Shown piece by piece: positions 7,854 to 18,562 of a stretch of 64,000 nucleotides of DNA. This stretch comes from a virus. The translations under genes were made by a program, and so were the position numbers. The stretch is from positions 1 to 64,000 of IMG/VR virus record IMGVR_UViG_3300036828_000363. The stretch is one strand, 5' to 3'. The notes beneath the pieces were generated by a model. It had not been told where the DNA came from and made no database searches. It worked only from the letters and a program-made list of their open reading frames with translations. How positions within the stretch are numbered: the first letter of the stretch is position 1; every line of letters begins with the position of its first letter.

Positions 7854-9116
7854 ATGTGCAGTATATTCGGTGCTTTTGGTTCTGACATTGATCTAAAAGT
7901 CCTGCAAAGTATCCGTGTGAATGCTGGAGACAGAGGCAGAGACGGTGGTCAAATGGAGATGTATCTCACCTTCGATGATCGTAAATGTTTTCTTGGTAAC
8001 TGGCGAGCAACTCCTACCACGGAAGTACAAAGCGGAAGACTTCAACCGTATGATGGCATCGTTCACAATGGCACGATTGCGAATGACAAAGACATCGGCG
8101 GTTTACCCGGTGAAATAGACTCTGAAGTTCTCCCACGGGTGATAGATCGCACTGACGTGTACACCGTCGCTACAAGTCTCGCGAAGATAAAAGGTTCTTA
8201 TGCTCTCGCTATTGTTAATGATAAGACTTGTTTTCTCGCCGCGAATTACAAACCGATTTACTATTACATCAAAGGCGGAACGGTTTACTTCTCTTCGATG
8301 GCTAGGCACTTTAAAAGTATTGTGCTTCGTGGAACCGCTCCGGTGAAGGTGGAACCGTATTCTGTCCTAGACCTTCGTACATTTGAAAGCTGCCCACTTA
8401 AACGGATTTACAATAACCGTGCCATTGTTATAGCTTCAGGTGGACTAGATTCGACGGTAGTCGCGTCTTACCTGAAATCAAGAGGCATGGAAATAACACT
8501 TGTCCATTACCGTTACGGTTGTGTCGCGGAGATGAACGAGGCGACACGTATTCCACAAATAGCACAAGCTCTCGGTTGCGACTTCCGTATTTTTGATCTT
8601 CCCTATACCGATATGGCAGGTGACTCACCGTTGCTTGATTGTAAGCGATACATTGAAGGTGCGATACCCGGAGCAGAGTTTGCCTATGAGTGGGTTCCTG
8701 CTCGTAATCTAGTCATGCTAGCTCATGCTACCGCCTTTGCTGAGGCGAATGACTATCACACAATCGCGCTCGGTAATAACTTGGAAGAAGCGGGTGCCTA
8801 TCCTGACAACGAAGAAGAGTTCACGGGTTTATTCAACGAGCTATTGTCAAACGCAGTTCGAGATGGATTCAAACTTAATCTAGTCTCTCCCGTGGGCAAC
8901 CTCATGAAACATGAAATAGTCGCGCTTGGTCACAAACTGAATACACCGTTTGGGTTGACGTGGTCATGTTATCGAGACGGTGAAATCTCCTGTGGTGAGT
9001 GTGGGCCGGACTTCATGCGAAGAACTGCGTTTGAGCGAAATGGTCTGAGTGATCCACTTGAATATAAGGCACCGTTGAAAAGAACGAAGGAGCAAAATGA
9101 GAAAGCTACTACGTGA
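7854..9116 (+). CDS. queC: glutamine amidotransferase-QueC fusion (Gat-QueC)
   Basis: N-terminal MCSIFG, RGRDG, HNGTIAN, DSE (class II GAT); C-terminal SGGLDS, VPARN, YPD, TWSCY, CGEC. Confidence 0.9.
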   Translation: MCSIFGAFGSDIDLKVLQSIRVNAGDRGRDGGQMEMYLTFDDRKCFLGNWRATPTTEVQSGRLQPYDGIVHNGTIANDKDIGGLPGEIDSEVLPRVIDRTDVYTVATSLAKIKGSYALAIVNDKTCFLAANYKPIYYYIKGGTVYFSSMARHFKSIVLRGTAPVKVEPYSVLDLRTFESCPLKRIYNNRAIVIASGGLDSTVVASYLKSRGMEITLVHYRYGCVAEMNEATRIPQIAQALGCDFRIFDLPYTDMAGDSPLLDCKRYIEGAIPGAEFAYEWVPARNLVMLAHATAFAEANDYHTIALGNNLEEAGAYPDNEEEFTGLFNELLSNAVRDGFKLNLVSPVGNLMKHEIVALGHKLNTPFGLTWSCYRDGEISCGECGPDFMRRTAFERNGLSDPLEYKAPLKRTKEQNEKATT

Positions 9117-9378
9117 GATTTGGCAGCAGATAGTTTGGATTCACGAAGATATAATCGATGTCATAAACAGTGCTTTGAACGAAATGTTCTAAAGGAATTG
9201 TGATGAAAAAAATAGCATACTATGCGAATCTGCTCAAAGGTAAGCTACAAATATTGAGCAGAGAACTACTAAGTTTGAGAAAGTTGTTGCGACCATTCAA
9301 CAAGTTGTTGTCATCTGTAGGTGGGTTGCTACGTGCACTACTACGTGCTACAAAATATAACGCGATGGCTTCATAGCT

Positions 9379-10440
9379 ATGACTCCAAAAATCAAGCTCA
9401 TACTGGATTCCGGTGCCTTCTCTGCCTATACACGCAAGAAGACGATTAACATCAAAGAGTACGCAGACTTCATCCTTGCGAACCGGGATGTAATCGATAA
9501 GGCAGTAAACCTTGATGTGATATCTCCGGATGACCCGGAAGGCGCGGCAAAATCCAGTTGGGATAACTATTGCTATCTTCGTGACCGTGGAATCGATGTC
9601 CTGCCCGTTTATCACTCGCGTGAGAATTTGAAGTGGTTGGACAAAATACTTGAGGTGACCAACTACATTGGACTAGGCGCGAGTTCATTGCGTCATGCTC
9701 AAGAAGCGGGTGGTTGGTATGATCTAGTTTTTAATTATGCGACGGATATAAAGGGGAGACCAATAGCTGACTTTCATGTCTTTGGTGACACCACGCCCAA
9801 TACCCTGATTCGATATCCTTGGAAAAGTGCTGATAGTAACACCGCGATTCGACTTTCTCGGGGTGGTGGATGTATGTTACTATCACCGACTGAGAACCAC
9901 TTTGCACATAACTACGAGTTCAATACGAACAAACATAGACAGGGTTCCAATGTAATTCGTCAGGAAACGGATGACCTTCTTAAACGGGGTGCTTTTGACG
10001 ATATCCTTCGTCGTCACGGACTCAACCCAAAAGTGATAGGGAAAACCCTTTCAAAAAATGAATCTATCCTTTTGCGTAGCTTCGTGAATTGTTCCTACCT
10101 ACTTGAGCTACGGATGATTGCTGCGAATACTACAACGTTTAAGCGGACTACGAATTTACTGGATATCAAGGCGAAGAAGGAAGGTAAGGAACGTATAGGC
10201 CCGCCTGACATTTACTTTATTTCTGTCCCAAACACATTCAAGACAGACTTGACGGTGTACGCGCACATTAAAGGCGCAGATCATCTTCTATTGAGCTATT
10301 TCTATTTGTGCAAAGATGCACCCCGCTGGCAGATAGCCCGGAGTTTTGTTTTTGACCCGGTGGGGACGTGTGAGAAGGTTCCCGATTTTTCACCGATGTA
10401 TAATTTTTTGGCAGAAAATCTTTTAGAGGTTGCTAAATGA
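9379..10440 (+). CDS. DpdA/TGT-like transglycosylase (putative DNA 7-deazaguanine insertase)
   Basis: LILDSGAFSA, NLDVI, PVYH, HVFG, SADS; next to folE and gat-queC. Confidence 0.65.
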   Translation: MTPKIKLILDSGAFSAYTRKKTINIKEYADFILANRDVIDKAVNLDVISPDDPEGAAKSSWDNYCYLRDRGIDVLPVYHSRENLKWLDKILEVTNYIGLGASSLRHAQEAGGWYDLVFNYATDIKGRPIADFHVFGDTTPNTLIRYPWKSADSNTAIRLSRGGGCMLLSPTENHFAHNYEFNTNKHRQGSNVIRQETDDLLKRGAFDDILRRHGLNPKVIGKTLSKNESILLRSFVNCSYLLELRMIAANTTTFKRTTNLLDIKAKKEGKERIGPPDIYFISVPNTFKTDLTVYAHIKGADHLLLSYFYLCKDAPRWQIARSFVFDPVGTCEKVPDFSPMYNFLAENLLEVAK

Positions 10441-11531
10441 TCAAGGCAGGGATGTTGTCCGATGCAAGTAAAATCGCGAACCTAATCGCGAATCCCACTT
10501 CGCTTACTCCTACTTATAAGAGCATGGAGATATGTGCTGATGAGGATTTAGGCGACGGTCAAAAAGCCAGCACTATTTTGGTGAATAGTGACTACGGTAA
10601 TTTGGAGCTTCTCTTACCGGACATGGGTATTACCCAGTCCTGCTTGATCGATGCTACTCAGATATCCGCAGTCGCGGATTCTCTTCCCAAAGACAAAGAC
10701 ATCGAATTCACGCCCAAAGAAGGTGCCGTCGCGTGGAAATGTGGTGACGCTCGGGGCCAGTGGACTAACATCGCTCACGATAAAAGTCTGAACCGGGTTA
10801 CTCATGCGGATTTTCCGTGGAAACCACCACAAGACTTCGCTCGTGCTCTTAGACTCGCAGCATCAGCGTGTCAAGCAGCTACGGTGTCAGTCGGGTTGTA
10901 CGGTGTAGTGCTTGAACCCAACGGAATTAACCTTGCTTTGATGTCATCCAATTCTACCGCACTTGCCTATGTTGAAGTAGTGAAGGGGAACTATCCTGCA
11001 CAACTGATTACCCTTCGTCCACCAACACCGACATGTATCGCGGCGTTGATTGAGAAATGTCCGAATTGCATGATGGACTTCACGAGCGAAGGTGTGTTCA
11101 TTCGCGGAGACTGGTTACTTGCGCACCTTCCGCTTGGTCAAAGTTTGGAGCATAACTTGAATGACACGTTCGACAAGTATAAGTCTTCGAGTGAGGTGAT
11201 CAAAATCAATTCAGATGCTATTAGACGGTTTCTTATCAGAGCACGGGCGCTATCTGAGAGACGTGTGGCGCGCTCACTGAACGTAAGACTTCGGGTAGAC
11301 AGTGGTAAGCTTGTGCTTGAACACAGCTCGATGGCTGCGTCTTCTGAGGAATACTTTCTCGCGAGTGGTATCGACTCTACAAAGAGCTATGCAACCGTGG
11401 AACTTCCGGTTGAAATGTTGTTAGTCCCGCTTGAACATGTACAGGAAGCGATTCTTGATTATCTTCCTGAAAACGTCATGGTCATGAGAGGGAAGAACCC
11501 GGACTTTAAGTTCATATTAGGTGGTGCCTGA
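10437..11531 (+). CDS. putative DNA polymerase beta-type sliding clamp
   Basis: 364 aa, DFP motif, three-domain-sized alpha/beta pattern; clamp loader present at 17392. Confidence 0.55.
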   Translation: MIKAGMLSDASKIANLIANPTSLTPTYKSMEICADEDLGDGQKASTILVNSDYGNLELLLPDMGITQSCLIDATQISAVADSLPKDKDIEFTPKEGAVAWKCGDARGQWTNIAHDKSLNRVTHADFPWKPPQDFARALRLAASACQAATVSVGLYGVVLEPNGINLALMSSNSTALAYVEVVKGNYPAQLITLRPPTPTCIAALIEKCPNCMMDFTSEGVFIRGDWLLAHLPLGQSLEHNLNDTFDKYKSSSEVIKINSDAIRRFLIRARALSERRVARSLNVRLRVDSGKLVLEHSSMAASSEEYFLASGIDSTKSYATVELPVEMLLVPLEHVQEAILDYLPENVMVMRGKNPDFKFILGGA

Positions 11532-12142
11532 TGTCGGATGAAAATCGTTTTGGTACACCGTGGATCGTGGATCATGATGGCCCGTCCCGCCCGATTATTT
11601 TGACGAAAAATCCGATAGGCGACGATAATCATATGCTGACTATCGACGGGTTTAGTAACGGCAGGTGGGGTTCGTTTGCTGACGAAGAAGAGTTGACTAA
11701 GATGGTGGTTAACGCGGTTAACACGGTTAGTTCTAATAAACCAATGCTTCCTGTGGGCGTGTCGGTTCTTTTGGTCAATGAGAAAGAAGGCACCGTACTT
11801 TTAGGTAAAAGGGCTAGTAGTATCCCCGCAGGCGATATGTGGTCTACTCCCGGTGGCAGGATTGAGGTTAATGAAAACATGTATCAGTGTGCCCTGAGAG
11901 AATTTAAGGAAGAGACGGGCGCGGAGCTGGTTTTAGGTAATCTTCATGTCGTTGGTTTCAAAGAGCACTTTCGATATGGTATGCACTACATCATGTTCTA
12001 CATTCGGGCATCTGTATACGAAGGTGAAATCAAAAACACTCAGCCGGATAAATGTGAAGGTTGGCAATGGTGGAAGTTCGAGAATATCGTCTTGGATCAT
12101 TGCACCGAACCGGAAGATATTCTTAGGCAGCTAATGGTTTAA
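11531..12142 (+). CDS. Nudix hydrolase
   Basis: PGGRIEVNENMYQCALREFKEETG Nudix box; PDKCEGWQW. Confidence 0.9.
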   Translation: MSDENRFGTPWIVDHDGPSRPIILTKNPIGDDNHMLTIDGFSNGRWGSFADEEELTKMVVNAVNTVSSNKPMLPVGVSVLLVNEKEGTVLLGKRASSIPAGDMWSTPGGRIEVNENMYQCALREFKEETGAELVLGNLHVVGFKEHFRYGMHYIMFYIRASVYEGEIKNTQPDKCEGWQWWKFENIVLDHCTEPEDILRQLMV

Positions 12143-12144
12143 GT

Positions 12145-12351
12145 ATGAGTGTTCCATGCAAAATGGGCTGCGTGGGCGAATGTAAATGGCCAACAGGTCA
12201 TAAGTTTATTATTGCCCAAACGACTGTCCCTGAGCTTTATGGGTTGTGGTATCCAAACACGGTGTGGCCATTGGTAGGAACCTTTGATGAAGTGGTAGTA
12301 ATGTTGTCGGAAGCTTTGAAGTGGGTAAACTTGAAGTGGGTAAGAATATGA
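12145..12351 (+). CDS. hypothetical protein
   Basis: tight operon packing. Confidence 0.4.
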   Translation: MSVPCKMGCVGECKWPTGHKFIIAQTTVPELYGLWYPNTVWPLVGTFDEVVVMLSEALKWVNLKWVRI

Positions 12352-12548
12352 CCCATTTCGGTTCCATGTCTGAATCCGAGGGTGAATTTAGTAAGCAGGA
12401 CACGACTGTTCGACACTGCTCTAAATGTAATGAAGAGAAAACGTTCAAGGTTCAGACGTGGGAATCAAATGATGGTGCCTACGAAGATTACAAGTACACG
12501 TGTCTGACTTGCGGATACGTATTTTGGATTGACGGGATTGATTCATGA
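12321..12548 (+). CDS. small Zn-ribbon protein
   Basis: CSKC...CLTCG. Confidence 0.5.
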   Translation: MGKLEVGKNMTHFGSMSESEGEFSKQDTTVRHCSKCNEEKTFKVQTWESNDGAYEDYKYTCLTCGYVFWIDGIDS

Positions 12549-13162
12549 GCACAAAAATTTACGGCGCCTATCATGTGAAGAATACCAACGGTATACAGTT
12601 GTGGCCTTTTCTTCGTGACTTGAAAAAGCGGGCAGATAAATCCTGTCATGACAAACTAGTTCAAGTGATTGAAGAACTAATGGCATCGGTAAATCCTGAG
12701 AGTGACGCTTATATCGAAGATGATGACCGTAGTGATACAGCGAAGCGTCTACAAATCGCTCATGATTGCCTCACGAAAGAGTACGAGAAGCAGGCGAATT
12801 CACATCGTAGAAATCCATTCTATCTTGATGTCACTATAAGCATTCATGAGAACAATGATCAGTATTATTTGATTGCTTATTGTGACTTCGCGAGTCTCAT
12901 GAGTGGTTCTCTTGACTTCATGAACGAGATGGAAGAGCTTGAAGATTTTCATTATCAAAATTCAACCGACAAACCAGATGAAATTTCTGAAGAAGACTGG
13001 GAGAACCGGGAGAAGGTTTGGGACGAAATCTATAAGGCTGGTTGGATGATGCAACTAACGTTGGACATTGTTACTAACACTGGCTTCTTTCGCATTGATC
13101 CATATTTTGAATTGTGTGAAAAGTATAAGTCTAAAATTGAAGAAGAAAGAAAAAAGGAGTAG
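12545..13162 (+). CDS. hypothetical phage protein
   Basis: 205-aa ORF, ATGA overlap with upstream gene. Confidence 0.6.
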   Translation: MSTKIYGAYHVKNTNGIQLWPFLRDLKKRADKSCHDKLVQVIEELMASVNPESDAYIEDDDRSDTAKRLQIAHDCLTKEYEKQANSHRRNPFYLDVTISIHENNDQYYLIAYCDFASLMSGSLDFMNEMEELEDFHYQNSTDKPDEISEEDWENREKVWDEIYKAGWMMQLTLDIVTNTGFFRIDPYFELCEKYKSKIEEERKKE

Positions 13163-13166
13163 CTAA

Positions 13167-13478
13167 ATGGCGGTGGATAGACAAGGAATGATACAACGAA
13201 CGGGCGATAAGCAGAACTTGTTTCATGTGATTGACTCATCCGGCGAAGACTACTTTGTCGCGGCGGAGAACTTTGGTGACGCAGAAAAGAAGTTCAAGGC
13301 ATGGGAGAGAACTCAGTTTGATAACCTCGCGCCGGATGAATTGATTGAAGACCCTCAAGCGATCATGGCAGCAGGTTATTTGATTACCGTTCCGGGTGAA
13401 CCGGGCAATGAACCGGAACCGGAAGATGATAAAGTAGTCTTGGAACCTATGCCTAATCTTGTGAGGGAACGTGGGTAG
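13167..13478 (+). CDS. hypothetical protein
   Basis: AAGGAG RBS, operon packing. Confidence 0.5.
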   Translation: MAVDRQGMIQRTGDKQNLFHVIDSSGEDYFVAAENFGDAEKKFKAWERTQFDNLAPDELIEDPQAIMAAGYLITVPGEPGNEPEPEDDKVVLEPMPNLVRERG

Positions 13479-15961
13479 TGTTTGGCTCACTAATTAAGTT
13501 TTCTGGCTGTGACGCTTGTACACTTAAAAAAGAGTGGAATTTTCTTTCGAATCCCCGGATGCCTGTAAGTTATCCCCAAGAAAAATCTGAAGTAAGAATT
13601 TTGGTGATAGGTGAGGCACCGGGTGAGAACGAGGACAAACAAGGTATACCGTTTGTCGGTCTCACAGGTCAGTTTTTACGTGAGTGTATACCGCCTCAGT
13701 GGCGTAAGAAACTTTACTGGACAAATTCCGCTCGGTGTAGACCGCCCAAAAATCGAACTCCGGAAGTTCAGGAACTACTCTGCTGCTCAAAGTACTTAGA
13801 AGAAGACTTAGCTAAGATTCAACCTCACGTCATACTCGGCGTAGGTAGTGTCCCTCTTTCATATTTTCTTCCTGAGCATAACATTACTCAGATGAGAGGA
13901 ACACCGTTTCCGATTACTTTGAATAATGGGCTTACTTGTTGGTACTATCCTATTTTTCATCCGTCCTATGTCATGCAGTCTGGTGGGAAAGATGAAAAAG
14001 AAAATGCCATAGTTCCGACATTCAAGTCGGATATCCGTCGCCTATTCAGCAAGCTGGATTTTTACTCTCAACGTCCTGTAGTAGAACCGCTCCCAAAAAA
14101 GATTCACTTCCCGAAAACAAAAAATGAAGCATGGCACCTGTTTAATAGTTTGGTACGTTCGCCTGCCATAGATATTGAGACATTCAAAAAGAAGCCGTAT
14201 CTGCGTGATGCCCGTATTCTAACCGCGTCTTTCAGTGACGGATACACTACTTTCGCGTTTCCTGTCGGTTGGCCCGGACTCATAGACAATTGGGGGGAAG
14301 AATTTTTAGTCGAAGCTATTCAAAAGTGCGAGTTTTGGATAGCTCACTCAGCCCCGTTTGAACTAGTGTGGTTGTGGTACAAGACTCAAAATCCACGGAT
14401 GGCCTTTGAAGATACGATGGCTATAGGAAGGTATTACCACGAGCGATACGGTATACTTTCACTTGAAGATCAATCTATAGTACATTTAGGCAGGAATTTT
14501 AAGACTGGATTCCAAGCTGAGGATGGTGACAGTAAGCGTTTGCTTGAATACCCGTTGGAAAAAGCGCTCACCTATAACGCTTTGGACTCTTATCCTACCG
14601 CGCTTCTTTACTACAAAAACCTTCTACCATCCGGACAAGAAGTAAACTATAAGCGAACACTTGAGACCATTCGTTCTACCGTGGCTATGGAGCTAATGGG
14701 ATTGCCCGTAAACCTCGAAGCTAGTGTCGCGATGAAGCAACATCTAGCAGCAAAGATGGATGACTACGAATCTAAAGCTAAAGGAATTTCTGAAGTAATC
14801 AGCTATGAGAAAAAAGAAGGTAAGAAATTCGCTATTTCAGCACCGCTTGATGTCGCAGAAGTACTTGCTAACTACTGCGGTTTTAAACTTCCGGTTACAG
14901 AGAAATCGAAGCAATTTTCCACGGATGCAGGTGACCTCGAAAAGTTCGCGGGAGAGCATCCGTTAGTCGATTTGACATTAGACTGGCGTGAAGTATCGAA
15001 GTTGCTTTCTACTTATGTATTACCTATTCTTAAAGGTGAGCTACTGGGAATAGACGGTCTTCTACATGCGGCGTACACCGTAGTATTGACCAAAACTGGA
15101 CGATTATCTTCCGAAGACCCGAACATTCAAAATTTCCCTAAGCGGAAGCATAGCGAGATAAGAAAGCAGATAGTTGCGCCATTCGGGATGGTGATGGTTG
15201 CTTATGACTACGGTCAACTTGAAGCGCGTACTCTGGTGATGGCGAGTGGCGACAAACGGTTCAAGAAAGCTATTTTGCTTAAAGAAGACCTTCACTCAAA
15301 ATGGCGTGATCGAATTATTCAAGTTTACCCGCCATACCTTGACCGTCTCAGGAGTAAGACGGGTGAGACTGAGCTAGAAAAGATTTTAAAGTCTGGCAGG
15401 GATATCATCAAGTCTGACTTTGTCTTTGCGTCACTATACGGTTCAGTGGTAGAATCAGTTGCGAAACGTACCATGCTTCCACTTGAAGTAGCTCGTAAAG
15501 TACAGGGTGAGCTATGGGAAGAATATTCAGAAGCGAAGTTGTGGATAAATGAATGCTTCAAGGGATATCAACAGACGGGTAAAGTGATTACCCTTACGGA
15601 TAGGATTCGCGATACAGTATGTCCCGGCAACGAACCAGTCAACACCGTGATTCAAGGAACCGCCGCAGACATAGTGTTTGAAGCTCAAAACGCTTTGTTC
15701 AACTTAGCTATGGAGCTAAACGACCCTTGTTACGTGCCTAGAGTTAATATTCACGATGATTTAATTTTCTTCCTTCCCGACAATGATGAGTTGTTAGATC
15801 AGTATATACCTAAGATCGGACATGAGATTGTCAAAGTACGCTTTCCATTTATCACCGTGCCTTTAATGACTGAATGTCGCGTAGGCTATGACTGGGATGA
15901 CTTAGAAAAAGTGACGTTGTTCACCGGACAATACTATAGCGATGGTGTGTTAGTTTCGTAG
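13478..15961 (+). CDS. family A DNA polymerase with N-terminal family-4 uracil-DNA glycosylase-like domain
   Basis: [28 protein letters not shown]; DIET exonuclease; [33 protein letters not shown]. Confidence 0.9.
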   Translation: MFGSLIKFSGCDACTLKKEWNFLSNPRMPVSYPQEKSEVRILVIGEAPGENEDKQGIPFVGLTGQFLRECIPPQWRKKLYWTNSARCRPPKNRTPEVQELLCCSKYLEEDLAKIQPHVILGVGSVPLSYFLPEHNITQMRGTPFPITLNNGLTCWYYPIFHPSYVMQSGGKDEKENAIVPTFKSDIRRLFSKLDFYSQRPVVEPLPKKIHFPKTKNEAWHLFNSLVRSPAIDIETFKKKPYLRDARILTASFSDGYTTFAFPVGWPGLIDNWGEEFLVEAIQKCEFWIAHSAPFELVWLWYKTQNPRMAFEDTMAIGRYYHERYGILSLEDQSIVHLGRNFKTGFQAEDGDSKRLLEYPLEKALTYNALDSYPTALLYYKNLLPSGQEVNYKRTLETIRSTVAMELMGLPVNLEASVAMKQHLAAKMDDYESKAKGISEVISYEKKEGKKFAISAPLDVAEVLANYCGFKLPVTEKSKQFSTDAGDLEKFAGEHPLVDLTLDWREVSKLLSTYVLPILKGELLGIDGLLHAAYTVVLTKTGRLSSEDPNIQNFPKRKHSEIRKQIVAPFGMVMVAYDYGQLEARTLVMASGDKRFKKAILLKEDLHSKWRDRIIQVYPPYLDRLRSKTGETELEKILKSGRDIIKSDFVFASLYGSVVESVAKRTMLPLEVARKVQGELWEEYSEAKLWINECFKGYQQTGKVITLTDRIRDTVCPGNEPVNTVIQGTAADIVFEAQNALFNLAMELNDPCYVPRVNIHDDLIFFLPDNDELLDQYIPKIGHEIVKVRFPFITVPLMTECRVGYDWDDLEKVTLFTGQYYSDGVLVS

Positions 15962-15968
15962 GAATGAA

Positions 15969-16496
15969 ATGGGACGATTCAACGATTTAACTGGCAAACA
16001 GTTTGAGAGACTAACCGCTCTGAGACCTACCGGAGTTAATAATTGTGGAAGTCACATCTGGTCTTGTCTTTGTAGCTGTGGAAAAGAAATTGAAGTGCTA
16101 GGTATTAGTCTAACTAGCGGAAATACTAGAAGTTGTGGATGTCTTAAAAAAGAAAAACCCGCATTTACAAAACATGGGTTATGGAAGACGCGAGAATACG
16201 ATGTTTGGAAAACCATGAAGCAGCGTTGTTTGAATCCTAAAAATAATGGCTACAAATATTATGGTGGACGTGGGATTCAGGTTTGTGAACGCTGGCTAAA
16301 TTCTTTTGAGAATTTCATTTCTGATATGGGCATGAGACCTGCCCCAGAACTTTCCATTGAAAGAATCGACAATGACGGTAACTACGAACCCGGAAATTGT
16401 AGATGGGCAACTCAGAAAGAACAAGCACATAACAGAAGACCTGTTAGAAGAAGGGTTATACCCGCTAGAGTAGTTTTGATTCATAAGGAATATTAG
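15969..16496 (+). CDS. free-standing HNH homing endonuclease (paralog of 6482-7015)
   Basis: [45 protein letters not shown]. Confidence 0.85.
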   Translation: MGRFNDLTGKQFERLTALRPTGVNNCGSHIWSCLCSCGKEIEVLGISLTSGNTRSCGCLKKEKPAFTKHGLWKTREYDVWKTMKQRCLNPKNNGYKYYGGRGIQVCERWLNSFENFISDMGMRPAPELSIERIDNDGNYEPGNCRWATQKEQAHNRRPVRRRVIPARVVLIHKEY

Positions 16497-16504
16497 TTAA
16501 TTAA

Positions 16505-16771
16505 ATGAGTGTATACGTAGACCCAATTGCAAAATGGGGTGGAAGTGATACTTTCCACTGGAAAAGCTCATGTCATATGTATGCTGATACGTTGGCAGAG
16601 CTTCACAAAATGGCAATTTCTATTGGACTGAAGCGAGAATGGTTTCAGGACAAAAAGATGCCTCACTATGATTTGGTTCCAGCGAAACGTGTGCTTGCGG
16701 TTAGAAAAGGTGCTATCGAACAAGACTTTCAACAGGCTGTCGTTACTTGGCGGGATAGGGGTTGGCTATGA
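16505..16771 (+). CDS. DUF4031-like protein
   Basis: MSVYVD...CHMYADTLAELH.MA..IGLKREWFQ....HYDL. Confidence 0.75.
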   Translation: MSVYVDPIAKWGGSDTFHWKSSCHMYADTLAELHKMAISIGLKREWFQDKKMPHYDLVPAKRVLAVRKGAIEQDFQQAVVTWRDRGWL

Positions 16772-16945
16772 GAATGTGTGAGATAAAAGATTGTACTTGC
16801 GAAGAATCACGTGAGAAGTGGTTCCACAAAGTTATCTTGTCCGGAACCCGTGTCATCCGTTCCGGGTTTAGAATCAGACTCAGAGTTTGTTGTTTTCACG
16901 CGAAGATGGACGATGTGATCCTATCGCCATGAACTAGGAGTTACT

Positions 16946-17392
16946 ATGGAATGCTTGGATAAAGGTCATCTATACCGAGTCGAAGGTTATGACGGTGGCG
17001 AACCGCAGACAATTCGTTTTCTGAAACGGGTTGGCGAAGGCTATCCGGGTAATGAAGAACCATCGTATGGCGGGACTAACTGCCAAGACGTAATCAGAGT
17101 GTTGATTGACCGGGTAGAATATCTTGATGGTCAGATTCCTTGTGATGAGAATAAACTGATTATCAAGTCACTTGCAAACGCGTTCTGGCAGTTTGAGAAG
17201 CGAGCAGCGGCGCGTCACGGTATCGACTTTCCGTACTCGATTTTCCATCCTGATGACGCCTACAGATTCCCTGTCCAAGAAGACGGTCACATCTACACGC
17301 AGTCACCTATCTTTCAAGCTCTGATTAAAGAAGCTGAGTTTCAACCTTGGAAATGGGATTCTGATGCCGAAAAAGGAAAAGAGAAAACATAA
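16946..17392 (+). CDS. Tad1-like putative immune-signal sponge protein
   Basis: H.Y.V...TIRF.K...G...QDVI.VLIDR...PCDEN...L..A....EKR...R resembles Tad1 family layout. Confidence 0.5.
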   Translation: MECLDKGHLYRVEGYDGGEPQTIRFLKRVGEGYPGNEEPSYGGTNCQDVIRVLIDRVEYLDGQIPCDENKLIIKSLANAFWQFEKRAAARHGIDFPYSIFHPDDAYRFPVQEDGHIYTQSPIFQALIKEAEFQPWKWDSDAEKGKEKT

Positions 17393-18315
17393 TGTCGCTA
17401 CCGTTGATAACCAAGTACCGTCCCATTGACTTCGATGAAATTTACGGTAACAAAGAAGCTATTGCGTCTTTGAAGGAAATAGTTTCCAGTGATGATCGCC
17501 AACATTCTTATTTGTTCACCGGGCCAACCGGAGTGGGAAAGACAACCCTCGCTCGTATTATAGCGGGTAAGGTAGATGCGTCTATATTGGAGATAGACGC
17601 GGCGTCTCATTCAGGTGTGGATGACATTCGCGGTTTGGTGGAGATGGCGACGTTTCAGCCTATCACGGTACAAAAGAATCGGATGTACATCATTGATGAG
17701 TGCCAAGCTTTGTCGAAGCAGGCGTGGCAAGCTTTGTTGAAACTTTTGGAAGACCCGCCGAAATATTTGTTCATTGCTCTCTGTACCACGGAAACCAGTA
17801 AAGTTCCGGATACGATCAAGACAAGATGTCACCCGTGTACACTAAAAGCAGTCGATGTAAACGACCTTTCCAGACTTTTGGAAGATGTGTGTTCAATTGA
17901 GGGATGGACGGTTGTAGATGACGTTTTTAACGCGATTGTGGTCGCGTCATCCGGGAGTCCACGGAGAGCTTTGGGTATTCTTCAAGCAGGACATTCAGTC
18001 GCGACTCGCGATGAACTTTCAAAGATCATTGTCGGTGTGGATGTAGACAGCACGGCTGTGATTGTGTTGTGTAAGTATCTCATGGCAGGTGGCAAAGACT
18101 GGAAACAGATTCAGGTTCAGCTCGCGGAACTTGCGGACGATGAGGAAGCAATCTATCAGGCCATGAGATATCTAGCGACTTCCGCCATGAAGTCAGAAAA
18201 AGAAGAAGTAGCTAAGAGATACTGGGATTTGTTGGAAGCTTTCTTAGCTAGTGAGAGTACAGAACTTAGATCGAGAATTATGTCCGCAGTTGGTAAAATT
18301 TTGTGGTGGAAGTGA
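17392..18315 (+). CDS. clamp loader AAA+ subunit (DnaX-like)
   Basis: KYRP..FDEI.G, GPTGVGKTT, EIDAAS..GVDDIR, IIDEC, ALLKLLEDPP, TIKTRC. Confidence 0.9.
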   Translation: MSLPLITKYRPIDFDEIYGNKEAIASLKEIVSSDDRQHSYLFTGPTGVGKTTLARIIAGKVDASILEIDAASHSGVDDIRGLVEMATFQPITVQKNRMYIIDECQALSKQAWQALLKLLEDPPKYLFIALCTTETSKVPDTIKTRCHPCTLKAVDVNDLSRLLEDVCSIEGWTVVDDVFNAIVVASSGSPRRALGILQAGHSVATRDELSKIIVGVDVDSTAVIVLCKYLMAGGKDWKQIQVQLAELADDEEAIYQAMRYLATSAMKSEKEEVAKRYWDLLEAFLASESTELRSRIMSAVGKILWWK

Positions 18316-18336
18316 TTTTCGGAGTATATACTTTCA

Positions 18337-18562
18337 GAGGTATTTATAGTTGGGGATTGAAGTCCGGCGCGCTAGTCCCGACGCCGTAGACCTATCGTGA
18401 AGTAAGGAAAGTTAAGTGAATCACGAGAGTGGTTTGCTGAACGGAGAATGGGAAGACTGCTCATGCGGGTAGTGTGAGTGGTTAGATACCTCACCGGCTT
18501 CACGGTAAAATAATGGGTACATCGGGATCGGTAGTCCCGTTTAATCAGACGTGATATGTACC
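18337..18562 (+). ncRNA. candidate structured intergenic RNA
   Basis: two crossing 10-bp helices (18337-46/18483-92 and 18394-403/18497-506) plus several local hairpins. Confidence 0.45.
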
